Shown here: positions 34,332 through 43,597 of the stretch, in pieces
Layout: each line of letters opens with the position of its first letter
How positions within the stretch are numbered: the stretch's first letter is position 1
Assembly: GCA_028286865.1 (NCBI GenBank)
Contig: JAQBQU010000016.1
Span: 1 to 62,358, forward strand
Direction: 5' to 3'
Length of the DNA: 62,358 nt
Source of the DNA: Candidatus Kaiserbacteria bacterium
GTDB taxonomy: Bacteria; Patescibacteriota; Minisyncoccia; Phycocordibacterales; UBA2100
Notes under the pieces: generated by a model
Told to the model about the DNA's origin: nothing
Database searches by the model: none
The model's input: the letters and a program-made list of their open reading frames with translations, nothing else
Translations under genes and position numbers: made by a program

Positions 34332-35174
34332 ATGATGTACCTTTGGCGCCATATTGCCGTGATAGTCGCCGCAACGATCTGTGCGGTGATCGGATTCATG
34401 GTGTGTATGAGTTGGTACGGACATTGGTACAACCATTTCTCCGGCGCAGACCGCGGTGTCTCCGACGGGGTGTGTAATATCGCGGTCGTTCCGATCCAGG
34501 GCATCGTTACTCCGTATGATGATCCGAACGCTCCGCAGTACGGAGGCACGAATGAACCGTCGGCATCCGGAGACGGCTTTGTGCGTGCGGTACACAATGC
34601 AGAACGCGATCCGAACATTCTGGGCATTATCGTGCCGATCGATTCGGGGGGCGGCTCGGTGGTACCGTCGGTCATGATGATGAACGCGCTCAAGCGCTCA
34701 CCGCTTCCGAGCGTAGCGCTCATCCGAGAAATGGGTGCCTCTGCCGCGTATATGGCCGCGACGGGAGCGAGCACGATCATCGCATCGCCGTATTCTGATG
34801 TCGGCTCGATAGGGGTCACCTATTCATACCTGAGCAACGTGCAAAAGGACAAGCAGGACGGCATTGCTTTCGTGCAGCTTTCTTCGGGTCCGTACAAAGA
34901 CACCGGCAGTCCCGACAAGCCGCTCTCCGACGCGGAGCTTGCGCTCTACGATCGGGACATCAAGATCTATAAGGACCTCTTTGTGAATACGGTCGCTGAG
35001 AATCGGCATATGGCCACCTCATCAGTGGATGCGCTTGCCGACGGCTCGACGTTCCCCGGAGAGATGGCCTTCCAGAACGGACTGATCGATCAGCTCGGCG
35101 ATGAAGAGACGGCAAAGGCATGGTTAGCCGAGAAACTCGGCATGACGGCCGACGAAGTCATTTTGTGCAACTAG
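34332..35174 (+). CDS. sppA: signal peptide peptidase SppA (S49, 36K type)
   Basis: 280 aa. It has an N-terminal TM helix and the GASAAYMAATGASTIIASPYSDVGSIGV motif. Confidence 0.88.
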   Translation: MMYLWRHIAVIVAATICAVIGFMVCMSWYGHWYNHFSGADRGVSDGVCNIAVVPIQGIVTPYDDPNAPQYGGTNEPSASGDGFVRAVHNAERDPNILGIIVPIDSGGGSVVPSVMMMNALKRSPLPSVALIREMGASAAYMAATGASTIIASPYSDVGSIGVTYSYLSNVQKDKQDGIAFVQLSSGPYKDTGSPDKPLSDAELALYDRDIKIYKDLFVNTVAENRHMATSSVDALADGSTFPGEMAFQNGLIDQLGDEETAKAWLAEKLGMTADEVILCN

Positions 35175-35201
35175 ATTTCTGTCGTCGTGTATCATAGGGC
35201 G

Positions 35202-35909
35202 ATGTCTGATGTAATTATTTTTACCGACGGCGCCTCCAAGGGCAATCCGGGAAAGGGCGGCTGGGGTGCGATCGTGGCCGATCGCGAAAAGGTGCGCGAG
35301 CTCGGCGGCTCCGAGGCGAATACGACCAATAATCGGATGGAGCTTCAGGCCGTATACGAAGCACTTGCTTATACCGCGACCCTCTCTACCGACCATATTG
35401 ATATCTATCTCGACTCTTCCTATGTCATGAATGGCGCAAGGTCGTGGGGAAGCGGCTGGCGGCGCAACGGCTGGATCACTTCGACCAAGCAGCCGGTCCT
35501 CAACCGCGATCTCTGGGAACCGATGCTCGATCTCATCGATACGATCGAGGCCCCCATCAAATGGATCAATGTCGGCGGACACGTCGGCATCGCGGGCAAT
35601 GAGCGTGTCGATGTGATCGCGTCGGACAGTGCGCTCGGCAAAGCGGTCGAGCTCTACGACGGGCCGCGAGCCGCATACACAGTCGATATTTCGAACGTCA
35701 CCTTCGACGAAAAGAAGCAAAAAGAAAAATCCGATTCCCGTGCGCGGGCCAAACTCAAGGCGTATTCATATGTGAGCGAAGTAGACGGAAAGGTGGAGGT
35801 TCATAAGACGTGGGGGGAGTGCGAAGCGCGTGTGCGTGGAAAGAAGGCTCGATTCAAAAAAGCAGTGTCAGCCGAAGAAGAAAAGGGCATCGTCCGAGAT
35901 TTCTCTTAG
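35202..35909 (+). CDS. rnhA: ribonuclease HI with C-terminal hybrid-binding-domain-like extension
   Basis: IIFTDGASKGNPGKGGWGAIV...NRMELQAVYEAL...H..G.AGNE is the RNase H core. The C-terminal YSYVSEVDGKVEVHKTWGECEARVRGKKARFKKAVSAEEE resembles the RNase H1/caulimovirus VI HBD. Start ATG 35202 is preceded by TATCAT-N6. Confidence 0.88.
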   Translation: MSDVIIFTDGASKGNPGKGGWGAIVADREKVRELGGSEANTTNNRMELQAVYEALAYTATLSTDHIDIYLDSSYVMNGARSWGSGWRRNGWITSTKQPVLNRDLWEPMLDLIDTIEAPIKWINVGGHVGIAGNERVDVIASDSALGKAVELYDGPRAAYTVDISNVTFDEKKQKEKSDSRARAKLKAYSYVSEVDGKVEVHKTWGECEARVRGKKARFKKAVSAEEEKGIVRDFS

Positions 35910-35949
35910 CCCGGTTCGAACCCTTTCCATTTCTTGATATTCTGGTGGC

Positions 35950-37482
35950 ATGAACGCGGCAGTGTTCTGGGCGATCGTCGGCGGATTCCTGACCGGTGTC
36001 TTTGTGCGTTCGTTCGTGGCACTCTCGTGGCCGTTTGCCGCGCTTTGCGTACTGCTCGGTATCGTCGCGGCACTGTTTGCATACCTTGATCGCACGCATA
36101 TCCGCGCGATCATTATTTTTTCCGTGGCCTGTGTTGCCTTCGGAGCGGGAATACTCCGAATGGATATGGGCACGCGAACCGGCGACCCGCACCTTACTGC
36201 ATACATAGATAAAAAAGTGACGATCGAGGGAGTGGTGAGCGCGGAAATCGATGAGCGAGAGACGGGTGCACGCGTCAGTGTGCGCGCAGAGCGGCTTGTC
36301 GTGGGAAGTACTATTATTTCTGTTGCCTCCGGCGTGCTGGTCCTCGCACAGCCCCATGCACCGGTAGCATATGGCGATGTGGTGCGGGCGACGGGCACGC
36401 TCAGAGTACCGGAAGCGTTCGATACGGGAAGCGGCCGCACGTTCAACTATCCGCAATACTTGGCAAAAGACGGCATCATGTATCAGCTTGCTTTCGCACA
36501 GATAACGGCGGTCGGCGGTAATGAGGCGAACCCCGTACAAGCGGCAGCGATCGGGATAAAGCATGCGTATCTCACGGGGCTCGGCGAAGTGCTTTCAGAG
36601 CCGGAGGCCGGGCTCGCGGGCGGCATCACCGTCGGCGATAAGCGATCGATAGGCTCCGGGCTCTCCGCACAATTTCAGAAAGTGTCGCTCGTCCATATGG
36701 TCGTGCTCTCGGGCTACAACATCACCGTGGTCATCAATTCTGCCGCGAAGCTTTTGTCGTGGGCGCCGAAAATGGCGCAGTTCGGCGGAGGCGGACTGGT
36801 CGTCATGTTTTTCATACTGATGGCCGGAGGTGCCGCGAGTGCGGTGCGTGCCGGAGCGATGGCGCTGCTGGCGATGTATGCGCGCGTTTCGGGCAGAATG
36901 TTCGTCGCCATGCGCGCGCTTGGTTTTATTGCGGTCATTATGGTGCTGTGGAACCCGTTCACGCTGGCATTCGATCCGAGTTTCCAGCTCTCCGCGCTCG
37001 CGACCGTCGGTCTCGTCATGTTCACGCCGCTCTGCAGCGAGTATCTCCTCTGGGTCAGCGAGCGATTCGGCATGCGCGAGATACTTGCCTCGACGATATC
37101 CACACAACTCGTCGTCCTTCCGCTTCTTCTCTATCAGAACGGTAATTTCAGCATCGTGTCGCTGCCGGCCAATTTGTTCGCGCTCATCCCGGTACCGTTT
37201 GCGATGCTCTTCTCGTTCATTGCCGCGATATTCGGAATGATCGCGCATATATTTCCGATCATGAGTATCGTCGCGGTGCCGGTAGCGTTTCCCGCATATA
37301 TCCTCCTCTCGTATATTATTTATACGGCACAATTCTTTGCATCGCTCCCGTTCGCTTCGGTCTCGGTACCCGCATTCGGTATCGGCTGGATGTTCGCCGC
37401 ATACATACTCCTTTTTGGCGGTCTTTGGTATATACAAAAAAGGAAAACGGCCGGGGATGTCCCGGCCGTTTCTGTTGAGTGA
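35950..37482 (+). CDS. comEC: ComEC/Rec2 membrane channel part (DUF4131 + Competence domains), no MBL domain
   Basis: 510 aa. It is polytopic with an N-terminal OB-like DUF4131 region. TGaTATTCT lies 6 nt before the ATG. Confidence 0.85.
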   Translation: MNAAVFWAIVGGFLTGVFVRSFVALSWPFAALCVLLGIVAALFAYLDRTHIRAIIIFSVACVAFGAGILRMDMGTRTGDPHLTAYIDKKVTIEGVVSAEIDERETGARVSVRAERLVVGSTIISVASGVLVLAQPHAPVAYGDVVRATGTLRVPEAFDTGSGRTFNYPQYLAKDGIMYQLAFAQITAVGGNEANPVQAAAIGIKHAYLTGLGEVLSEPEAGLAGGITVGDKRSIGSGLSAQFQKVSLVHMVVLSGYNITVVINSAAKLLSWAPKMAQFGGGGLVVMFFILMAGGAASAVRAGAMALLAMYARVSGRMFVAMRALGFIAVIMVLWNPFTLAFDPSFQLSALATVGLVMFTPLCSEYLLWVSERFGMREILASTISTQLVVLPLLLYQNGNFSIVSLPANLFALIPVPFAMLFSFIAAIFGMIAHIFPIMSIVAVPVAFPAYILLSYIIYTAQFFASLPFASVSVPAFGIGWMFAAYILLFGGLWYIQKRKTAGDVPAVSVE

Positions 37483-37501
37483 AGCCCGAAGGCTTCAAAG
37501 A

Positions 37502-37831
37502 TCAGTGCTGCACGTGAAGCTGTTGTCCCTGGCCGCCGACGATATGGCCATGTTGCCGGTTGATCTCCTCGGTCAACTTGTCGATAGCGATGATGACCGG
37601 ATTGCAGCCAGGCAGGGAAGTCAATACGACCTGCTCGCGGAGCGTCGAAAGGCTCTTCACGAGCGCCGGCCCGTCCGCGAATGCGATCTGGATCTTCGAC
37701 GCGAGCTGCACGAGCGTCAGGATCTCATCGTAGCCGGTGGTGGTATCGAGTCCGGGCGCGTCGATGATGCGTGCTCCCGCCAGATATTGTGCGAGCAGTG
37801 CGCCGGGGGTACCGGGCTCGAATGATTTCAT
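37502..37831 (-). CDS. hypothetical protein
   Basis: 109 aa from MKSFEPGTPG. TAGACT lies 11 nt upstream. The track's TTG-initiated extension is not supported. Confidence 0.5.
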   Translation of the reverse strand: MKSFEPGTPGALLAQYLAGARIIDAPGLDTTTGYDEILTLVQLASKIQIAFADGPALVKSLSTLREQVVLTSLPGCNPVIIAIDKLTEEINRQHGHIVGGQGQQLHVQH

Positions 37832-37942
37832 CGGCAGGCTAAAGTCTATTTTCTTCAAGGGCTCTCTCCGCTGTTGGTTTCGTGCATGCCGATGTGGCAG
37901 GACTGGGGATACTATGCTACTTGTGGAGTATTTTGTCAAAGC

Positions 37943-37970
37943 AAAAAGGACTCTGTAAGGAGTCCTTTTT
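37943..37970. terminator. bidirectional terminator AAAAAGGACTC-tgtaag-GAGTCCTTTTT
   Basis: Perfect stem with A/T flanks. Confidence 0.7.
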
Positions 37971-37990
37971 GCGAGTACTACGTAGATGAA

Positions 37991-38440
37991 TTACATCATC
38001 GGGGCTGCCTTGTGTGAGCGGGACTTCCACCATCCGATAGCCGCTGCAGGCACCATCCAGTAGAGGAGGAGTGCGAGCGTGGACCATGAGGCGATGAACG
38101 GCCAGAAGTTCGGGATGACCTGGAACATCTGCGAGAGCGAGCCGGTCTGGGTGAGGACACCCGAGATACCGGTCACGAACGCGGTCACAAGCGCTACAAC
38201 GAAGCCGACGGCTCCGAAGATGATGCCTGCGCGAAGCGCATTAGCCGGTGTGAATACCTTGAGGTACCACCAGGTAAGGATCGCGACGACGACCGCCGCG
38301 AGGACGACGTACGAGATGTACTGGGCAGTGAAGATTCCCGGCGTTGCGGCTGCAGGCACGAGTGCCACGAGCGCTGCCACGACAGTGTTGGTCAAATAAT
38401 TACCCAAGAATGCAATTAAGATGGAACGTTCAGTGTTCAT
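37991..38440 (-). CDS. hypothetical polytopic membrane protein
   Basis: 149 aa from MNTERSILIAF with about 4 TM helices. TACAAT lies 6 nt before ATG 38440. Confidence 0.65.
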   Translation of the reverse strand: MNTERSILIAFLGNYLTNTVVAALVALVPAAATPGIFTAQYISYVVLAAVVVAILTWWYLKVFTPANALRAGIIFGAVGFVVALVTAFVTGISGVLTQTGSLSQMFQVIPNFWPFIASWSTLALLLYWMVPAAAIGWWKSRSHKAAPMM

Positions 38441-38478
38441 AGATACATTGTAATAGTAATGACTACAGAATATCACGT

Positions 38479-39060
38479 TTAGAGCGCTGTAAAGCGCTTT
38501 TCAACAACCCCCCAATTAAGGTTCTTGAAGAACGCATCGATGTATTTACCCTTACCCTGAGCCCCGTGATCGAGGAGGAACGCATGCTCCCACACATCCA
38601 AAGCGAGCAGGATCGGAAGGGTCGCAAAGACACCCTGATGCTGCTCACCGATGAATCCGGTCTGGAACTGCTTCGTCTGAGGGTCCCAGTACAGGATCGC
38701 CCAGCCCGGACCGCGCATACCCCCGATAACTTTGAAGAATTCCTGGAAATAGCCGTGGTATTCGGTCTTGAATGCCTGGTTGAGCGCCGAATCCTCATTG
38801 AGCGCCTGGGCACCACCCACGAACTGGTCAAAATAATATTCGTGCAATCGCATGCCGTCGAATTCGAACGACTTGCGGCGAATGAGTTCAGAGATCGCGT
38901 GCGCGTTCTTCTCAGTGTCTTTTGCGTATTCCGGTAGGAGTGCCGCGATCGCGTTGAAGTTCTTCACGTATCCTTGATAGAGGCCGAGATGCTCCTCCAC
39001 CGACTTTTGCGATATGCCGTCGAGCACAGGAATGGTAAAGGTCTTTGCTTCGTATTGCAT
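38479..39060 (-). CDS. sod: Fe/Mn superoxide dismutase
   Basis: 193 aa with HLGLYQGYV, QHQGVF and DVWEHAF metal-ligand motifs. Confidence 0.93.
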   Translation of the reverse strand: MQYEAKTFTIPVLDGISQKSVEEHLGLYQGYVKNFNAIAALLPEYAKDTEKNAHAISELIRRKSFEFDGMRLHEYYFDQFVGGAQALNEDSALNQAFKTEYHGYFQEFFKVIGGMRGPGWAILYWDPQTKQFQTGFIGEQHQGVFATLPILLALDVWEHAFLLDHGAQGKGKYIDAFFKNLNWGVVEKRFTAL

Positions 39061-39136
39061 AAAATATCGATAGAATTATTAACAGGCCAAGTATACACCT
39101 GCCTCATGAAGAGCGGGTGAGTATATACTTTTGGAC

Positions 39137-39991
39137 ATGCGCCGCAGTTCGAAATGGATGGGAATCGTTCTTCTCATTGCTCTATGTATCGCCTGCCTCA
39201 TCTGGTATGCAGCTATTCGCGAAGACCGACACGGTCTACTGACAGTCACTTTCCTCAACATCGGCCAGGGAGATTCAATATTCATTGATGCCCCTTCGGG
39301 GAGGCAAGTGCTGATAGACGGCGGACCGGATTCGAGCGTCCTACGCCAACTTTCTGCAGTGATGCCGTGGTATGACCGCTCGATCGACGTGATGATACCG
39401 ACGCATCCCGATGCCGATCATATCTCCGGGCTCATCGATGTACTCGCGCACTATCAGATAGGACTGATCCTACAATCGAGTGTGCTGGGGAGCACCGCCA
39501 CCTGGCACACGCTTGAAAAAGATATTTCGCAGGAGGGGGCACAGATCGTGACGGGGCAACGCGGAGAGATCATTGATCTCGGGAAGGGTGCGTATCTCGA
39601 GGTGCTTTCTCCGGACCGTCCGCTTCCGAACGCAGAAACCAATACGGCGTGCGTCGTCACGCGTCTGGTATATGGGAACACGTCGTTCATGCTCTCATGC
39701 GATGCACCCAAAGAGATCGAGAATTATTTGGTACGACTCGACGGAAAAGCGCTCAGATCCGATGTTTTAAAGGCAGGACACCACGGCTCGAAGAACTCAT
39801 CTTCACCGCTTTTTGTCGGCTACGTCGACCCTACGTATGCGGTGTACTCGCGCGGTTGCGACAACAAATACGGGCACCCGAATCAGGAAACGATCGACAC
39901 CCTTGCGAAATTCAACATCCCGACGCTTGATACGTGCAAGGACGGAGCGATCACTTTTGTGTCCGATGGAGAGACGGTGAAAAGACGATGA
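39137..39991 (+). CDS. membrane-anchored metallo-beta-lactamase domain protein (stand-alone ComEC C-terminal domain)
   Basis: TM helix followed by LTVTFLNIGQGDSIFIDAPSGRQVLIDGG and HPDADHISG (HxHxDH-like). TATACT lies 7 nt before ATG 39137. Confidence 0.85.
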   Translation: MRRSSKWMGIVLLIALCIACLIWYAAIREDRHGLLTVTFLNIGQGDSIFIDAPSGRQVLIDGGPDSSVLRQLSAVMPWYDRSIDVMIPTHPDADHISGLIDVLAHYQIGLILQSSVLGSTATWHTLEKDISQEGAQIVTGQRGEIIDLGKGAYLEVLSPDRPLPNAETNTACVVTRLVYGNTSFMLSCDAPKEIENYLVRLDGKALRSDVLKAGHHGSKNSSSPLFVGYVDPTYAVYSRGCDNKYGHPNQETIDTLAKFNIPTLDTCKDGAITFVSDGETVKRR

Positions 39992-40050
39992 TTTTGTACA
40001 GGTAGTTTTTTCGGGTATGGTGGCTTAGGAAACAGTAGAAGGAAGCAATC

Positions 40051-40410
40051 ATGAGTATCTTTCTCGCAAAGAGGATCCATCGCGGCGATGTTCTGAAGGA
40101 AGTGTTATCGGGAGTACTCATCTCATTCATAGCGCACCTGATTGGTCTTGCTCTATACGAGATGCTTCGGCGGGGCACCCGACTTACATACCTTGAACTT
40201 CAGGAATATACGAGCATTGCCTGTATGGTCATCGCGTTCGCTTTTTTCTTCATTATGCGGTTTCGGGTCATGTCCTCGCTCGGCATTGCCGTGGGCTGTG
40301 GCCTGGTCATTCTCGGACCGTATCAAAGTAATTTCCTGGTCGTGGCACTCGTGGTCCTTCTTGGGATCGCTTCGGTCGTCCGAAGCTTCTCCGATGGACC
40401 GCGCACGTGA
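40051..40410 (+). CDS. hypothetical membrane protein
   Basis: 119 aa with 3-4 TM helices and a GAAGGAAG SD upstream. Confidence 0.55.
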   Translation: MSIFLAKRIHRGDVLKEVLSGVLISFIAHLIGLALYEMLRRGTRLTYLELQEYTSIACMVIAFAFFFIMRFRVMSSLGIAVGCGLVILGPYQSNFLVVALVVLLGIASVVRSFSDGPRT

Positions 40411-40428
40411 ACTGTTCATTTTGAAAAG

Positions 40429-40456
40429 AAAAGGCCGCCATCTCTGGCGGCCTTTT
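40429..40456. terminator. bidirectional terminator AAAAGGCCGCC-atctct-GGCGGCCTTTT
   Basis: Perfect stem with A/T flanks between convergent genes. Confidence 0.75.
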
Positions 40457-40475
40457 GCTTTGGGCAGAGGGATTA

Positions 40476-40718
40476 TTATATGAGGCCCGCTTTCTGGAGG
40501 GTGATGAAGGCACCGCGCTTCTTCATGGTCTTGAGGCCGCGGGCGGAAACGCGCACGGTGACCTTTTTGCCGATCTCAGGGATGAAAAGGGTCTTCTTCT
40601 GGAGATTTACCTGGCGGCGGCGCTTGCCGGTCGGGTTGAATTTGGTAGCACGAACACGGTTGGAGTACCCGCCGCCAACCTGGGATTTCGCACCTGTGAT
40701 TTCACAAACTCGAGCCAT
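40476..40718 (-). CDS. rpmB: 50S ribosomal protein L28
   Basis: 80 aa: MARVCEITGAKSQVGGGYSNRVRATKFNPTGKRRRQVNLQKK...VRVSARGLKTMKKRG. This matches the L28 pattern. It is hidden inside a longer track ORF. Confidence 0.9.
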   Translation of the reverse strand: MARVCEITGAKSQVGGGYSNRVRATKFNPTGKRRRQVNLQKKTLFIPEIGKKVTVRVSARGLKTMKKRGAFITLQKAGLI

Positions 40719-40751
40719 ATCGCGTCGCATGCTACCATTGCCGCTACACAT

Positions 40752-41378
40752 ATGCAAATAACCGACACCATATTCTTCGTTATCGTGCTCATCTTCTCTG
40801 CGGTAATACACGAGGTCATGCATGGCGTAGCCGCGGACCGCCTCGGCGACCCGACCGCCCGCTATGCCGGCCGGCTCACGCTCAACCCCATTCCGCACCT
40901 CGATCCGGTCGGGTCGATCCTCCTGCCACTCCTTTTGGCCTTTTCGGGCTCGCCGCTGTTCTTTGCCTGGGCAAAGCCGGTGCCGTATAACCCTTATAAT
41001 CTGCGCCCGGGACGCTTTTCGGAGGCCATTGTCGCCTTCGCGGGCCCGCTTTCGAACCTCGCGATCGCGCTCCTGACCGGTCTCATTGTCCGTATCGGGA
41101 CGTTTCCCGCCGAGGTGACAGCCGTATTCATCCTTATAATAGTGGTGAATGTCATGCTCTTCCTCTTCAATCTGATACCTATAGCGCCGCTCGACGGCTC
41201 AAAGATCCTCTCGGCTATCCTCTCAGGCAACCTTGCCCGTGAGTACGAAAAGCTCAGATTCCGGCTTGAATCAACGCCGTTTCTCGGTATGGGTATCGTT
41301 CTGCTCATTATATTGTTCTTCGGCAGTCAGTTCGGGAGCCTGGTATTTAGCATCGCCAACTCCATTGCGGGCATATGA
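40752..41378 (+). CDS. M50 site-2 protease family metallopeptidase
   Basis: 208 aa from MQITDTIFF with HEVMHG (HExxH) and NLIPIAPLDGSKI motifs. The start is uncertain. Confidence 0.82.
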   Translation: MQITDTIFFVIVLIFSAVIHEVMHGVAADRLGDPTARYAGRLTLNPIPHLDPVGSILLPLLLAFSGSPLFFAWAKPVPYNPYNLRPGRFSEAIVAFAGPLSNLAIALLTGLIVRIGTFPAEVTAVFILIIVVNVMLFLFNLIPIAPLDGSKILSAILSGNLAREYEKLRFRLESTPFLGMGIVLLIILFFGSQFGSLVFSIANSIAGI

Positions 41379-41485
41379 TCGTGCGCCCGGACCCTCATTT
41401 TAAGGCTTTAGTGCTTGCTACTCTTGCATTGGGGAGAAACACGTAGTACACTCCTCGGACTCCCCATCGGGGTTTTTCATTTGCA

Positions 41486-41902
41486 ATGTCTACAATAAAT
41501 CAACTCGCACGTAAGGGCCGCAATCCGCGCACTTACAAGTCGAAGACCGGCGCACTCGGCCGTGGTTTCAATTCACTCAAGAATCGTCCGAGCTTCTACG
41601 CAGCCCCTTTCAAGCGCGGCGTCTGCACACGCGTCACGACCAAGACTCCCCGCAAGCCGAACTCAGCTATCCGTAAGATCGCCCGCGTCCGTCTTACCAA
41701 CGGCATGGAGATCACGGCATACATTCCGGGCGAGGGACACAACCTCCAGGAACACTCAGTCGTACTCGTACGCGGTGGCCGCGTGAAGGACATCGGTATC
41801 CGTTACACCATCGTTCGCGGTAAGCTCGATGCAACAGGCGTCGATAAGCGCCGCCGAGGACGATCACGATACGGTGCTAAGAAGCCAAAGGCTGCTAAAT
41901 AA
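41486..41902 (+). CDS. rpsL: 30S ribosomal protein S12
   Basis: [12 protein letters not shown]...[10 protein letters not shown]...[10 protein letters not shown]. Confidence 0.97.
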   Translation: MSTINQLARKGRNPRTYKSKTGALGRGFNSLKNRPSFYAAPFKRGVCTRVTTKTPRKPNSAIRKIARVRLTNGMEITAYIPGEGHNLQEHSVVLVRGGRVKDIGIRYTIVRGKLDATGVDKRRRGRSRYGAKKPKAAK

Positions 41903-41907
41903 TTTAT

Positions 41908-42369
41908 ATGCGACGACCAGTAAAAAACAGAAAACAGCCACAGCCTGACGAGATCTACGGGTCTATGAAGGTTGCAAAGCTCATCAACTACGTGATGGAA
42001 CGCGGAAAGAAGGACACTGCGCGCAAGATCGTGTACAAGGTGATGGACGAGCTCAAGAAGGACGGCGACCCGCTCGTGATCCTCGAAGAGGCGCTCGATA
42101 AGGCAGCTCCTTCAGTCGAAGTTCGCTCACGCCGTGTCGGCGGTGCCAACTACCAGGTCCCACGCGAGGTTCGTCCTGAACGCCGCATGGCACTCGGACT
42201 CCGCTGGATCGTGGAAGCTGCAGAAGGCACCAAAGGTAAGCCGATGCACGAATCACTCCTCAACGAAATTCGCAATGCACACAAAGGTGAGGGAAGCGCG
42301 GTCACCAAGAAGGAGACCACTCACCGCATGGCAGAAGCCAACAAGGCATTCGCCCACTTCGCCTGGTAA
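41908..42369 (+). CDS. rpsG: 30S ribosomal protein S7
   Basis: 153 aa with the S7 signature (VEVRSRRVGGANYQVP). Confidence 0.97.
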   Translation: MRRPVKNRKQPQPDEIYGSMKVAKLINYVMERGKKDTARKIVYKVMDELKKDGDPLVILEEALDKAAPSVEVRSRRVGGANYQVPREVRPERRMALGLRWIVEAAEGTKGKPMHESLLNEIRNAHKGEGSAVTKKETTHRMAEANKAFAHFAW

Positions 42370-42384
42370 TCTCAGAATAGATTC

Positions 42385-42410
42385 AAAGGACCGCCGAAAG
42401 GCGGTCTTTT
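42385..42410 (+). terminator. rho-independent terminator directly after rpsG
   Basis: GGACCGCC-gaaa-GGCGGTCT stem followed by TTTT. Confidence 0.75.
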
Positions 42411-42430
42411 GACATGGCATAATATATTCC

Positions 42431-43597
42431 ATGAAGCGATATTTTATACGGAATCATTTCGCATCGTTGGCCCGCTCAGACTCAAAGTTCCCGATCAAGG
42501 TCGTTTTTGCAAACGGTTCCGTCTATCAGAATCTCGACGGAGAGGCGGAGATCATCGTACGGTTCAATACGAATAAGGGTGAATGGCGCACGATCGTACT
42601 CGACTATATCGGCTTTATCGAAGCCTATCGTCTGGGAGAGATCGACATCGAGGGGAAAGGCGGAAGTGTCGAGGCGCTTCGGAAATTGACGCGGATGAGC
42701 TATGAACTCATCGAAGATCCGCTCGTTGACGGGCTCGGCCCCGTGTCTTGGCTTCTCAAATTGATACAGGAATATCGTCTGAACAACCGCAGCTATCTGA
42801 CAGAAAAGAAAAACCTCTACGCGCATTACAATATGCCCGCAGAGTTCTTCCACTACATGAACGGAGAGTTGTATGGATATACGGAGGGTTACTACGAAAC
42901 GGGGAAGGAGTCTCAGAACGAAGCGCAATTCAAGAAGTACGATTACATCTGCCGAAGGCTTCGTCTGAAGCCGGGGGACAAGGTCGTGGAAGTGGGTTCC
43001 GCGTGGGGAACCATGGCTCTGATGATGGCAAAAAAGTACGGAGCGAATGTGGTCAATTACGGATTGGTGGACGAGCAGAACCGGATCATGGGTGAGCGCA
43101 TCATCAAGATGGGTCTTCAGGATAAAATAAAAATTGAACAGCGGGACTGTCGCGAACTTGGTCATGAAAAAGAGCGATACGATAAATATGTTTCGCTTGG
43201 TGTCTTGGAACACGCGGGGAAAGACTGTGTAGAGGATTGGATCCGCAATATCGCAGAGGCGCTTAAACCGGGCGGGATCGGTGTACTTACAAATGTCGGG
43301 TACATGAGTCGTCATTACGACGATTACCTTATCGGTAAATACATTTGGCGCGGCTGTTACTTCCCGAAGATGGGTGATGTACTGCAGTATCTTGAGAAAT
43401 ATGATCTGCACCTCGTCGATCTTGAGGATACGCACTTGCTCTACGCCGACACGATGGAAGTAATGCTCGCGAAAATGTACGAGCATTGGGATAAAATACA
43501 ATTGATCAACCCAAGGATCTTCGATGACAAGTTCAAGCGTATCTGGACGGTGTACTATATCGGCGCGATAGAAGCGTTCAGAAGTAAAAAAAGTTGA
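42431..43597 (+). CDS. cyclopropane-fatty-acyl-phospholipid synthase-like SAM methyltransferase, truncated by a frameshift
   Basis: 388 aa. HYNMPAEFFHYMNG is the CMAS motif and VVEVGSAWGTMALMMAKKYGANV is the SAM-binding GxGxG-like loop. It ends ...AIEAFRSKKS* inside an A7 tract. TGgCATAAT lies 7 nt before the ATG. Confidence 0.85.
   Translation: MKRYFIRNHFASLARSDSKFPIKVVFANGSVYQNLDGEAEIIVRFNTNKGEWRTIVLDYIGFIEAYRLGEIDIEGKGGSVEALRKLTRMSYELIEDPLVDGLGPVSWLLKLIQEYRLNNRSYLTEKKNLYAHYNMPAEFFHYMNGELYGYTEGYYETGKESQNEAQFKKYDYICRRLRLKPGDKVVEVGSAWGTMALMMAKKYGANVVNYGLVDEQNRIMGERIIKMGLQDKIKIEQRDCRELGHEKERYDKYVSLGVLEHAGKDCVEDWIRNIAEALKPGGIGVLTNVGYMSRHYDDYLIGKYIWRGCYFPKMGDVLQYLEKYDLHLVDLEDTHLLYADTMEVMLAKMYEHWDKIQLINPRIFDDKFKRIWTVYYIGAIEAFRSKKS

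Noticed and set aside
35905-35930. T-loop-like GGTTCGAACCC sequence at the end of rnhA, suggesting a tRNA.
   Set aside because: No acceptor, D or anticodon arms can be folded around it.
41431-41485. Possible attenuator in the rpsL leader (GGGGAG...CTCCCC alternative to CCCC-atc-GGGG followed by TTTTT).
   Set aside because: The terminator-like hairpin is only 4 bp with a 3-nt loop, which is too weak to call. It may simply be leader structure.
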